Of a stretch of DNA of 64,000 nucleotides, positions 19,627-29,814 are shown piece after piece. Each line of letters begins with the position of its first letter. Position 1 is the stretch's first letter. Below the pieces are notes generated by a model. It made no database searches, was not told the origin of the DNA, and was given only the letters and a program-made list of their open reading frames with translations. The position numbers and the translations under genes were made by a program. This DNA is from an uncultured Gemmatimonadales bacterium. GTDB lineage: Bacteria > Gemmatimonadota > Gemmatimonadetes > Longimicrobiales > RSA9. The stretch is taken from assembly GCA_963708135.1 (NCBI GenBank), contig OY970192.1, positions 4,288,001 through 4,352,000 on the forward strand, given 5' to 3'.

Positions 19627-19654
19627 GCGGGATGCGGGATGCGGGATGCGGGAT
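19627..19654. repeat. (GCGGGAT)4 heptamer tandem repeat
   Basis: Directly visible; a shorter copy follows the next gene at ~20726. Confidence 0.9.
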
Positions 19655-19816
19655 CGCCGCAGGGCCCGCGAGCGCCTCCACCTCCTGACTCCTTCAGCGC
19701 TCTGGCGGGGCGCCGCATGCGGGGTTACGGTGTTCATGGACGCGACGCCATCCTGGAGTCGCGACCCCGGGGCGCGCCCGCGTCCCGGCCCGCGTCGCCT
19801 GCCAGGAGCTGACGCG

Positions 19817-20725
19817 ATGCGCCGCTCTCTCTCGCCGGTCCTTGCCGCCGCCGCCCTCCTCGCGCCCTCGGTCCTCGCCGCGCAGTCGCAGTGGCTGCCG
19901 CCCACGGACGACCTCTCGGTCGCGTTCGAGTACGTCCACCCGCACCTGGATGGGGCCGCGCGTCTCGACTTCGGACCGGAGTCGCCGGTCCAGGGGGCGA
20001 TGTTCCTGAGCGGCGTGATGCCCGTGACGCATCGGGTGCGCGCCATGGCGGAGCTGCCGCTCGGCGTCTCGGTCGGCGGGAACGGAGCCTGCGCGGGGGG
20101 CACCTGCTCCAGATTTCGGTCCGGGGCGTTCGTTGGCAATCCGTATCTGGGCGCCGAGCTGGCGCTCGGCCCGGCCATCCGCTGGACCGCCGGGATCCGC
20201 CTGCCGCTGCAATCGATCCCGATGGGCGACAGTCTGCGGACGTACGGTGGCGTGGCCGTTGTGCCGGCGCTGGCGGCCGCGCAGTACGATCGGCCGGAGG
20301 CGTTCTTCAGGAGGGCGAGCTCGGCGGAGACCGGGGTCGAGGCGAGGCTGCAGTTCCTACACGGCAACGAGGTCCGGCTGCACGCAGCGGGCGTGCTGGT
20401 ACACGACGCGCAGATCGATCGGCCGTACGGCCGCGTGAACGTGGTGCAGTGGCGGCTCGGCACCCAGGTCTGGCACACGCAGGCCTGGGCCGGCCGGGCG
20501 CGCGTCGTGGGCGGCCTCGGGGTGAGCGTGCTGAACGTGCCCGGCTACCCGAGCGGCCGCGCGACGGAGGTCGAATGGGGCATCGCCGCGGGACCCTGCC
20601 TCGGGCGCTGGCTGCCGCTCATCGAGCTCCGCGTCCCGACCGCGCGCCTCAACGCCGTGCCCGGTGCGTGGATCTGGCGGGTGGACCGCGGCTACACGCT
20701 GGAGCTGGCGGTGCAGTACCAATAG
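19817..20725 (+). CDS. Secreted hypothetical protein, probable outer-membrane beta-barrel (paralogue 2)
   Basis: Shares QWLPPT, EYVHPH, ELPLGV, GNPYLGAE, GNE.RLHA.GVLVHD and YTLELAVQY with paralogue 1. Confidence 0.7.
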   Translation: MRRSLSPVLAAAALLAPSVLAAQSQWLPPTDDLSVAFEYVHPHLDGAARLDFGPESPVQGAMFLSGVMPVTHRVRAMAELPLGVSVGGNGACAGGTCSRFRSGAFVGNPYLGAELALGPAIRWTAGIRLPLQSIPMGDSLRTYGGVAVVPALAAAQYDRPEAFFRRASSAETGVEARLQFLHGNEVRLHAAGVLVHDAQIDRPYGRVNVVQWRLGTQVWHTQAWAGRARVVGGLGVSVLNVPGYPSGRATEVEWGIAAGPCLGRWLPLIELRVPTARLNAVPGAWIWRVDRGYTLELAVQYQ

Positions 20726-20782
20726 CGGGATGCGGGATGCCGGGCTCGCGACGCGCCCGCAGGCCGCGAGCGCCTCCGTCAC

Positions 20783-21748
20783 CTACTTCGTGCTGATCTC
20801 CAGGTTCACGCTGTGGCAGCTCGCGCGGGGCCCGGTTCCGGCGCTCACCACCAGCGCGACGAACATCGTGTCCCCCTCCTCGCCCGCGCGCGTCCAGCTC
20901 GCGCCGGCGCTCTCGCCGGAAGTCCGCGTCCAGCCGGCGTCGCGGAGCTGCCTGGCGTAGAAGTCCAGCAGCTCCCGGGCGCCGAGCGTCGTCCGCACCT
21001 CCGTCCCCGTGCTCGAGCTGCCGCTGCGCATCCGGCGGCAGTCGGTGGCGCCGCCAACGGCCGGGAGCGGCGGAGGCTCGAGCATGTGGCCGGGATAGAG
21101 GGCCACCGCGAAATCGGGCCGGCAGCTCACGCTGTCCGCCACGTCCACCGGCGCGTAGAGCCGCTTGTCGAAGTGCGTGCTGATCGCGGCCACCAGGTGC
21201 CCCCCGGCCGAGAAGCCGAGCACGCCGATCCGGTGCGGGTCGATGTGCCACTCGGCGGCGTGGAGCCGCACCAGCCCGATTGTCCGCTGCGCGTCCTCCA
21301 GCGCCATGGGCGAGCTCGGATACGCGCCCGACTTCGGTTTCCCGCCGCCGCCCGGCACGCGGTACTTGAGCAGCACGCAGGTGATCCCGCGCGACGTCAG
21401 CCAGTCGCAGACCTCGGTGCCCTCGAGGTCGATGGCAAGGATCTCGTAGCCCCCGCCGGGGAACACCACGGCCGCGGCGCCCGTGTTCCCGCCCTTCGGC
21501 GCGTAGACCGTCATGGTCGGCCGGGCGACCGGGCCCACGTAGGTCCACGGCCTGCCGGCGACGAGGTGGTCGTTCAGCCGCGTGACCGCCTGCTCCGGAC
21601 CCGCGACGGGCTGCGCGTCAGGCGGCGTCCCCGGCCAGATCGGCACCTGCGTGTGCCCCGGCGCCGGCTGCCACGGATGCGCCTGGGCGGCCAGAGCCGC
21701 AGGCGCGGCGAGGGCAGGAGCGAAGGCGAGCACCAGCGGCTTCAGCAT
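20783..21748 (-). CDS. Secreted alpha/beta hydrolase (xylan-esterase-like), apparently C-terminally chimeric
   Basis: PGGGY, GFSAGG nucleophile elbow, RPDFAVALYPG; the expected Asp/His-bearing C-terminus is replaced by unrelated sequence. Confidence 0.75.
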   Translation of the reverse strand: MLKPLVLAFAPALAAPAALAAQAHPWQPAPGHTQVPIWPGTPPDAQPVAGPEQAVTRLNDHLVAGRPWTYVGPVARPTMTVYAPKGGNTGAAAVVFPGGGYEILAIDLEGTEVCDWLTSRGITCVLLKYRVPGGGGKPKSGAYPSSPMALEDAQRTIGLVRLHAAEWHIDPHRIGVLGFSAGGHLVAAISTHFDKRLYAPVDVADSVSCRPDFAVALYPGHMLEPPPLPAVGGATDCRRMRSGSSSTGTEVRTTLGARELLDFYARQLRDAGWTRTSGESAGASWTRAGEEGDTMFVALVVSAGTGPRASCHSVNLEISTK

Positions 21749-21777
21749 CGTTCGGGCATCTCCGTGTCGGCCGCCCC

Positions 21778-22548
21778 CTAGCCCAGCTGGAACATCGCGA
21801 ACGGGACCCCCTGCGGGTCCTGACACTGCGCGACCCTGCCGCCGGGCACGTCGGAGGGCCCGTTCTCGACCTGCCCGCCGCCGCGCTTCACGCGCTCCAT
21901 CGCGCCATCCAGGTCGGCGACGTTCACGTAGTACAGCCAGTGCGGGTGCACGCCCATGATCTTCGCCAGGTCCGAGATGCCGCCGAGCGAACGGTCCGCG
22001 GCGTCGGCCGGGTGATGGTACATGACGTAGGGTCCCATCTCCCCCATGTCCATCGTGGACCCCTGCTTCCAGCCGAACAGCCCGGAGTAGAACGCCCACG
22101 CGGCCTCGTGGTCCGTGGTGCTGAGCTCGTGCCAGCCGACGAAGGCGACCTTCGTCTGGTCCGGCGCGGTCCCCTCGCCCTGCGGCGCGAGCAGCGCGAT
22201 GGTCGCCCCCTGCGGATCGGCAAGGACGGCGAAGCGGCCCACCTCGGGGATGTCCGTCGGCGGCACGCGGACGGCGCCGCCCAGATCCTTCGCGCGCGCG
22301 GTCGCCCGATCGACATCGGCGACATGGACGTATCCCATCCAGTGCGGCGGCACGCCCGCGCTCCGCAGCTCCGCGGGCAGCGCCATGAGGCCGCCCATGC
22401 CCGTCCCGTCCGCCTGCCAGACGGAGTACGGGTTGGGCCCCGGCCAGTCCTGGACCGTCCAGCCGATCACGTCCCCGTAGAATCGCTTCGCCGCCTCGGG
22501 GTCCGTCGTCATCAGCTCGTACCAGACGAAACGCCCATCGTCGCTCAT
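21778..22548 (-). CDS. VOC/glyoxalase-family protein (two domains)
   Basis: FVWYELMTTDP..A..FY..V.GW; DPQGA; second repeat WHELSTTD. Confidence 0.93.
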   Translation of the reverse strand: MSDDGRFVWYELMTTDPEAAKRFYGDVIGWTVQDWPGPNPYSVWQADGTGMGGLMALPAELRSAGVPPHWMGYVHVADVDRATARAKDLGGAVRVPPTDIPEVGRFAVLADPQGATIALLAPQGEGTAPDQTKVAFVGWHELSTTDHEAAWAFYSGLFGWKQGSTMDMGEMGPYVMYHHPADAADRSLGGISDLAKIMGVHPHWLYYVNVADLDGAMERVKRGGGQVENGPSDVPGGRVAQCQDPQGVPFAMFQLG

Positions 22549-22815
22549 CGCCGCCCTCCTCGTTCGTGGTCGTCGAACGCAACCGCACCTTCCCGCCGGG
22601 AGGACGTACAGCCCGCGGACCGCCCCCGGCAAGCAAGCCGAACCGTAGCCAGGCGGCTCCCGCGGCGGCAAGGGCCCCCGCGGCCCTCAAAGACGAATCC
22701 GAAGCGGGATCCAGGCCGCGCAGCGGCCGGAATCCGAATCCCGGCGGTTCCCGTCGGCCGCCGAGCCGCAGACGACGCGGGGGCGGCGCCCGGTGGTGGG
22801 GCGGTCCAGCCGGGG

Positions 22816-23030
22816 CGCGTCGAATCCGGCGGGCGCTCTCCGCGTCGAATCCGGCGGGCGCTCTCCGCGTCGAATCCGGCGGGCGCTCTCCGCGTCGAAT
22901 CCGGCGGGCGCCGTCCGCGTCGAATCCGTCGGGCGCCGTCCGCACCAATTCCCCTCGGGCGCTGTCCGCCTCCGGTCGGGCGTTGCCCCCCTCGAATCGC
23001 GCGCTGCCCCCCTCGAATCGCGCGCTGCCG
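22816..23030. repeat. 25-bp tandem repeat (3 exact + 2-3 degenerate) followed by two 21-bp repeats
   Basis: CGCGTCGAATCCGGCGGGCGCTCTC from 22816; GCCCCCCTCGAATCGCGCGCT twice from ~22985. Confidence 0.92.
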
Positions 23031-23087
23031 GTCCCGAATCCGTCGCGCGCTGCCTGCCCCACGCGTCGGGCGCGCGTAGAGGGCAGG

Positions 23088-23254
23088 AAAGTCCCCATGC
23101 ATCGGCCGCGAAATCGACGGTTGGGGACTTGACTGCGAATAGCGCGGCAAAGTCCCCAAGCGTTCCCACGGACCAGCGACGCGTGGGGAGTTGACAACGA
23201 ATAGCGCGGTCAACTCCCCAACCGTCTCCGCGCCCGGGCGCCCGTGGGGAGTTC
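23088..23254. repeat. Array of three inverted-repeat units, period 61-62 bp
   Basis: AAAGTCCCCA/CAACTCCCCA at 23088, 23149, 23211 paired with TGGGGA(C/G)TT at 23122, 23184, 23245; conserved linker CGAATAGCGCGG. Confidence 0.88.
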
Positions 23255-23427
23255 ACGGTTGCGGAGCGCCCCGGAAGCATGCGAACACAGGGGAAGCCTC
23301 GATCAACCCGATGGCAACCGCCTCGACAATCCGGCCGTCTTACGGGAAGAGCCGGATTTGGATTCCGGGGCTCCGCCCTCGATCGGGATTCGTTTCACGG
23401 GCCGAGCCGCGCTTCCGCACGCCGCCC

Positions 23428-23482
23428 TTGACCGCCCCGGACCGCGGTGCTAGTATCCCAGCATGCTGCTAAAATTCTAGCA
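23428..23482 (+). promoter_or_regulatory. Promoter and two BlaI-type operators
   Basis: TTGACC-N17-TAGTAT; TGCTA-N6-(C/T)AGCA at 23448-23463 and 23467-23482. Confidence 0.78.
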
Positions 23483-23497
23483 CAGGGGGCGAGGGGC

Positions 23498-23887
23498 ATG
23501 GCCAACGAGAGCAAGCCCGGGCTGAGCTGGCGCGAGCGGCAGATCATGGACGTGCTGTACGCGCGCGGCCAGGCGACGGTAGGCGAGGTGCTGGAGGGGA
23601 TGGCGGATGCGCCGAGCTACTCGGCGGTGCGCGCCACGCTGCGGGTGCTGGAGGACAAGCGGCAGGTGGCGCACCGCCAGGAGGGGCCGCGCTACGTCTA
23701 CCTGCCGACGACGCCGCAGGAGAAGGCCAGCACGGCGGCGCTGCGGCACGTGGTGCGAACGTTCTTCAACGACTCGGCGGATCAGGCGGTCGTGGCGCTC
23801 CTGAAGCTGCAGGGTGCGTCGCTTTCGGACACGGAGATCGAGCGGCTGGCGGAGCGGATCCGCGAGGCGCGGGAGGAGGGACGATGA
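23498..23887 (+). CDS. BlaI/MecI/CopY-family repressor
   Basis: LSWRERQIMDVLY, SYSAVRATLRVLEDK, GPRYVY, VVRTFF. Confidence 0.95.
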   Translation: MANESKPGLSWRERQIMDVLYARGQATVGEVLEGMADAPSYSAVRATLRVLEDKRQVAHRQEGPRYVYLPTTPQEKASTAALRHVVRTFFNDSADQAVVALLKLQGASLSDTEIERLAERIREAREEGR

Positions 23888-26613
23888 GCGCGGCGTGGAC
23901 GACCTCGGTGCTGGCCCTGCTGCTCGACACGACATTGAAGGCGACGCTGCTGCTCATCCTTGCCGGCGCGGCCTCGCTGCTGCTGCGCCACCGGTCCGCG
24001 GCGCTGCGCCACGCGCTCTGGGCGGCGACGGCGGCGGGGCTGCTGGCGCTGCCGCTGCTCTCGGCCGCACTGCCGTGGCACCTCTCGGTGCTGCCGCGCG
24101 CGCTGTCCGACCTCTCCTCAGGCGACGTTTCCGCCGCCGCCTCTCCGGCGCCCGCGACATCTGCGGCGCGGCGAACCACGCGATCAGAGGTGGCCACGGG
24201 CGGGGTGGCGGAGCTGGCGGCCGCGGCGTCTGCGCCGGGCGCGGCGCTCCCCGGCCTGGCCGTGCGGAGGCCGGCTGCGGACGCCCCGGCCGCGCGGGGC
24301 GCCATCGCATTGCCAATACCGACGCCACAGGCGGGCACCGCCGAGAGCCGGAGCTTCGCGCACGCGCCAGGGACCTCCCATCTCGAGCCCGCGGGGCGGG
24401 AGCCGGCGCCATTGGCCGCCACGGCGCCCGCACGGGACGCGAATGCGGCCATCGCCCACCGCTCTTCGACCGATGCCGCCGGCACCGCCGCCGTCCTCGC
24501 CCTGTTCCTCTGGGCGCTCGGCGCCTTCATCCTGCTTGGAAGGCTGGCGCTGGGTCACCTGGTGGTCGGCCGCTACGCGCGCCGCGCGGAGCCGCTCGAG
24601 GCGGGGCCGTGGCGGGTTCTGGCGAGCAGGCTGACGCTCCGGCTGGCGCTCTGGCGGGACGTGCGGCTGCTGCGGAGCGGCGAGGTGCGGCTGCCGGTGA
24701 CGTGGGGGCTGCGTCGCCCTGTGGTGCTGCTGCCGGAGGAGGCGGAGACGTGGAGCCATGAGCGTCGCAGCGCGGTGCTGCTGCACGAGCTGGCCCACGT
24801 GCAGCGGCGGGACGCGCTGGCGCAGCTGGTCGGCACCATCGCGTGCGCGTTGTACTGGTTCCACCCGTTCGTGTGGCGGGCGGTGGCGCGAATGCAGGAT
24901 GAGGGGGAGCGCGCGTGCGACGACTCGGTGCTGCGGGCCGGCACCCGCGCGTCCGACTACGCCGGCCATCTGCTGGACCTGGTGCGCTCCTTCGGCGACG
25001 CGCGGGCGCCGGTGCCGGCGCTGCCGATGGCGCAGAGGTCGAGCTTCGAGGGGCGGCTGCTGGCCATCCTCGACCCGGCGCGCGACCGGGGCCGCCCGGC
25101 GCGGCGCAACGGCCTCGCCCTGGCGGGCGTCGCGGCGCTGGTCGTGGCCCCGATCGCGACCCTGCGGCCCGCGCCCGCGCCCGCGGCGACTCCGGCCGCG
25201 GCGGAGGCCGCGCGGCCGGCGGCGCGCGTCGAGAGCGCGGGGGCCCCGTCGCCTGCGGCATCCATGGAGGGGACGCAGAGCGCGTGGGCGGCGGCGCTCG
25301 CGGCGGGGTCGTTTGCGCAGGATACGGGGAAGAAGGCGAAGAGGCGGACGCACGCGGGCGGGGCGCCGGTCGCGCCCGCGCCGCCTGACCTGCCGCTGAG
25401 CCTGCTGGCGGAGCTGGCGCTGGGGCCGGTGGACGTGCCGCTGAGCCTGCTGGCGGAGCCGGACCTTGCACCCGTCGCGCCGGAGCCGCCGCTCTCGGCG
25501 CTGCTGGAGCCGCGCATTGCCACGGCGCTGTCGGCGGCGCCGGCCGCGGTCCCCGCGCCCCGGCCGATGCCGGTGCCACGGCCGCCCGAAGGTCTGCTGC
25601 TGAACGGCTCGGCGTTCGGGCCGCTCGCCCTGCAGACGCTTCCCCCAAAGGTGGTGACGCCGGCACTGCTCGGCAGTGATGGGCTTCCGCCCGAGGCTCT
25701 CGCGGCCGCGCCGACCGGCCTCTGGAGGCGGCACCGCCAGCCGACCGCGGCGCAGAAGCGGGCGCTGGCGTCGCTGGTGCCGGCACTGCACGACGGCGAC
25801 AGGGACGTGCGGGTCACGGCGCTCCGCTCCATCGCGGAGCTGGGCGGCACGGAGGACCCGGCCACGTTGAGGGCGCTCGTGCCGCTGGTGTCGGATGCCG
25901 ACGTCGAGGTCCGGCGCTACGCGGTGCGCCTGCTCGGCGAGTCCGGCGACTCCGCGGCGGTGGACGCCCTCATCTCGGCGCTGCGCAAGGACACGGATGC
26001 GGAGGTTCGGCGCACGGCCGCATGGTCGCTCGGCTCCATGCGGGCGAAGACCGCGGTGCCCGCGCTCATGGACGCGGTGCGCCAGGACGCGGACGCAGAG
26101 GTCAAGACGACGGCGGCCTGGGCGCTCGGCCAGCTGCGCGATGCGCGGGCCGTGCCGGCGCTGTCGGCGGCCCTCGGCGCGGGTGGCTCGAAGGAGCTGC
26201 GCCGCACGGCGGCGTGGGCGCTCGGTGAGCTGCGCGACCCGGCGTCGGTCCCCGCGCTGCAGACGGCGCTGAAGGACCCGGACGCGTCCGTCCGCCGCAC
26301 CGCCGCGTGGGCGCTGGGCGAGCTGCACAGCGACGCGGCCGTGGCCGGCCTCTCCTCCGCGCTGCGGGTGGACGGCGAGGCCGACGTGCGTCGCATGGCG
26401 GCGTGGGCGCTCGGCCAGGCGCGGGACAGCGCCGCCGTGCCCGCCCTCTCGGCCGCCACGACAGACAAGGACCCGGAGGTCCGTCGCATGGCCATCTGGG
26501 GCCTCTCCCGCATCGACGGCAACGCCGCGCTGGACGCGCTCGTCAAGGCGCTCAAGAGCGACGACCCCGAGATCCGCCGCAGCGCCGCGCGCGCGCTCGG
26601 CCGGGTGAACTGA
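23884..26613 (+). CDS. M56 (BlaR1-like) membrane metallopeptidase with C-terminal HEAT repeats
   Basis: HELAH, YWFHP..W, ERACD; ~9 repeats of ~31 aa (VRRTAAWALG..D..AVPAL). Confidence 0.93.
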   Translation: MSAAWTTSVLALLLDTTLKATLLLILAGAASLLLRHRSAALRHALWAATAAGLLALPLLSAALPWHLSVLPRALSDLSSGDVSAAASPAPATSAARRTTRSEVATGGVAELAAAASAPGAALPGLAVRRPAADAPAARGAIALPIPTPQAGTAESRSFAHAPGTSHLEPAGREPAPLAATAPARDANAAIAHRSSTDAAGTAAVLALFLWALGAFILLGRLALGHLVVGRYARRAEPLEAGPWRVLASRLTLRLALWRDVRLLRSGEVRLPVTWGLRRPVVLLPEEAETWSHERRSAVLLHELAHVQRRDALAQLVGTIACALYWFHPFVWRAVARMQDEGERACDDSVLRAGTRASDYAGHLLDLVRSFGDARAPVPALPMAQRSSFEGRLLAILDPARDRGRPARRNGLALAGVAALVVAPIATLRPAPAPAATPAAAEAARPAARVESAGAPSPAASMEGTQSAWAAALAAGSFAQDTGKKAKRRTHAGGAPVAPAPPDLPLSLLAELALGPVDVPLSLLAEPDLAPVAPEPPLSALLEPRIATALSAAPAAVPAPRPMPVPRPPEGLLLNGSAFGPLALQTLPPKVVTPALLGSDGLPPEALAAAPTGLWRRHRQPTAAQKRALASLVPALHDGDRDVRVTALRSIAELGGTEDPATLRALVPLVSDADVEVRRYAVRLLGESGDSAAVDALISALRKDTDAEVRRTAAWSLGSMRAKTAVPALMDAVRQDADAEVKTTAAWALGQLRDARAVPALSAALGAGGSKELRRTAAWALGELRDPASVPALQTALKDPDASVRRTAAWALGELHSDAAVAGLSSALRVDGEADVRRMAAWALGQARDSAAVPALSAATTDKDPEVRRMAIWGLSRIDGNAALDALVKALKSDDPEIRRSAARALGRVN

Positions 26614-26615
26614 GG

Positions 26616-27602
<987 letters not shown>

Positions 27603-27682
27603 AAGGCGGACGCACTTCCACCCGCTTTCGCCCGAGGCCGAGGGGCGGCGGAGCAGGTGGAAGGGTCGGGCTCAGCGGGCGG

Positions 27683-27862
27683 GCGAGCAAAATCGGCAAA
27701 CGGAGGTCGGTGCCGGGCGCGGGATCCCGATCTTGATCGGTTTCCGAGACGAAACGCGCAGCGGACGGGGGCGCGCGGCGTCGCGAGGCCATTTTTGCTC
27801 GCTTTCCGAGATGAATCGGGATCCGGACGGATCGGGATGCGCCGAGTGCGCGGTTTTGCCCG
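27683..27862. repeat. Dispersed ~180-bp intergenic element, copy B
   Basis: Homologous to 18398-18580; right arms end at 27739, 27801, 27862. Confidence 0.8.
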
Positions 27863-28012
27863 GCCGCCCGGCACCTTCTCACGCGATCACGTGGATCGGT
27901 GTGTCCCCGCGTCCTTTCGTCGGGTGGAAGGGGCGAGGGGCGGCCTCGGGGTGTCATCAGGCGCGGCATCCGCCCTCTGGCGCCGCCCGCCTCAACCTGC
28001 CACCATCCCGCC

Positions 28013-29284
28013 ATGAACGACATCCCTCACGTGGTCATCCTCGGCGGCGGCTTCGGCGGGCTGTACTGCGGGCGGGCGCTGGGGCAGGCGCCTGTGCGCG
28101 TCACGGTGGTGGACCGGCGCAACTTCCACCTCTTCCAGCCGCTGCTCTACCAGGTGGCCACGGCGTCGCTCTCGCCGGGGGACATCGCGGGGCCGATCCG
28201 CGCGATCCTGCGCTCCCGGAACACCGAGGTGTGGATGGCGGAGGTGGCGGGGGTGGACGTGGCGACGCGCACGGTCCAGCTGGAGGACGGCGAGCTGCGC
28301 TACGACTGGCTGGTCGTGGCCACGGGCGCGACGCACGCCTACTTCGGGCACCCGGAGTGGGAACCGCTCGCGCCGGGGCTGAAGACGGTCGATGACGCGA
28401 CGGAGATCCGCCGCAGGTTCCTCCTGGCGTTCGAGGCGGCGGAGCGCGAGGAGGACGCGGAGGCCCGGCGTCGCCGGCTGAATTTCGTGATCGTGGGAGG
28501 CGGCCCGACGGGGGTCGAGCTGGCGGGCGCGATGGCGGAGATCGCGCGGCGGGCGCTGCCGTCGGAGTTCCACGCGATCGACACGACCACCGCGCGCATC
28601 CTGCTGCTGGAGGGCGGGCCGCGGGTGCTGCCGGCGTACCCGCCCGACCTCTCGGAGAAGGCGCGGCGGCAGCTCGAGAAGCTGGGCGTCGAGGTGCGTA
28701 CGGGCGCGATGGTGACCGACGTGCTGCCGGACGCGGTGTGCGTCGGCGAGGAGCGGATCCCGGCGGGGAACGTCTTCTGGGCGGCCGGCGTCGCGGCCTC
28801 GCCGATCGGGGCGACGCTGGGCGCCGACCTGGACCGCGCGGGCCGGGTGATCGTGGCGCCGGACTGCTCGCTGCCGGGGCACCGCGAGGTGTTCGTGGTG
28901 GGCGACCTCGCGCACGTGGAGCGGGAGGACGGTTCGCTCGTGCCGGGGGTGGCGCAGGGCGCGATCCAGATGGGGAAGCACGCGGCGCGCATGATCGAGC
29001 GCGACCTGGCCGGCAAGCCGCGCGAGCCGTTCCACTACCGCGACAAGGGCAGCCTGGCGACGATCGGGCGGCTGGCGGCGGTGGCGGAGATCGGGCGGCT
29101 CAAGCTGTCGGGCCTCGTCGCCTGGGTGGTGTGGGCGTTCGTGCACATCCTCTACCTGATCGGCTTCCGCAACCGCCTGCTGGTCATGATCCAGTGGGCA
29201 TGGTCGTACCTGACCTACAAGCGCGGCATCCGCCTGATCACGGGCAGTCCGCGGATCGAGCTCAAGCGATCGCGGCAGGAGTAA
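28013..29284 (+). CDS. ndh: Type II NADH:quinone oxidoreductase
   Basis: GGGFGG, FQPLLYQVATA, GGGPTGVELAG, YRDKGSLATIGR. Confidence 0.93.
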   Translation: MNDIPHVVILGGGFGGLYCGRALGQAPVRVTVVDRRNFHLFQPLLYQVATASLSPGDIAGPIRAILRSRNTEVWMAEVAGVDVATRTVQLEDGELRYDWLVVATGATHAYFGHPEWEPLAPGLKTVDDATEIRRRFLLAFEAAEREEDAEARRRRLNFVIVGGGPTGVELAGAMAEIARRALPSEFHAIDTTTARILLLEGGPRVLPAYPPDLSEKARRQLEKLGVEVRTGAMVTDVLPDAVCVGEERIPAGNVFWAAGVAASPIGATLGADLDRAGRVIVAPDCSLPGHREVFVVGDLAHVEREDGSLVPGVAQGAIQMGKHAARMIERDLAGKPREPFHYRDKGSLATIGRLAAVAEIGRLKLSGLVAWVVWAFVHILYLIGFRNRLLVMIQWAWSYLTYKRGIRLITGSPRIELKRSRQE

Positions 29285-29328
29285 GGCGGCCGGCGCTCGG
29301 GCCCGCCATCAGAGACAGCTACGTGTAC

Positions 29329-29814
29329 ATGACTCCCTCTTACGGCGGCGATCTCGCCCGCATCCACCACGCCGCCTTCGGCGACCTCGCGGAGCAAGCC
29401 GCGCCCCGGATCCTTTCCTGGCTCGGCGCGGCCGGGATCCGGGACGGACTGGTGGTGGATCTCGGCTGCGGCAGCGGCCTCTGGGCCGCCGCCTTCGACG
29501 CGGTGCTGCGCGCCGGCACCCGCCCGATGGCGTACCGGACCTGGCGCGCGGACGCCGACTGGGCGGTGCTGGTCGAGGTGGGCGAGGAAGCGAGGCGCAC
29601 GCGGCTTGTCCGGGAGATCACGACGTTCCGCCGCCTGGGGGCGGATTTCCGGCGCGCGCATGAGACGCACGTGCAGCGGCTCCACACGCGTCCGGATCTC
29701 GACCGGGCGCTCCGGGACGCGGGCTTCTCGGTGCGCGTGCACCGGGGCTACGGCGCGTATCGACTGGGACGTCGGCGGCTCGCCTTCCGCGCTCAGGCGC
29801 CCCGCGAGCCCTGA
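29329..29814 (+). pseudogene. Class I SAM methyltransferase with probable in-frame internal deletion
   Basis: Motif I VVDLGCGSG is followed almost immediately by C-terminal-type sequence; motifs II-IV absent; 161 aa. Confidence 0.6.

Noticed and set aside
22816..23254. Possible CRISPR array
   Set aside because: The 25-bp repeats have no spacers; the palindromic array has only two full, non-identical repeats; no cas genes in the window. Reported as repeats instead.
23498..26613. Beta-lactam resistance locus (blaI/blaR1)
   Set aside because: No penicillin-binding sensor domain and no beta-lactamase or PBP gene nearby; same for the 38-40 kb module.
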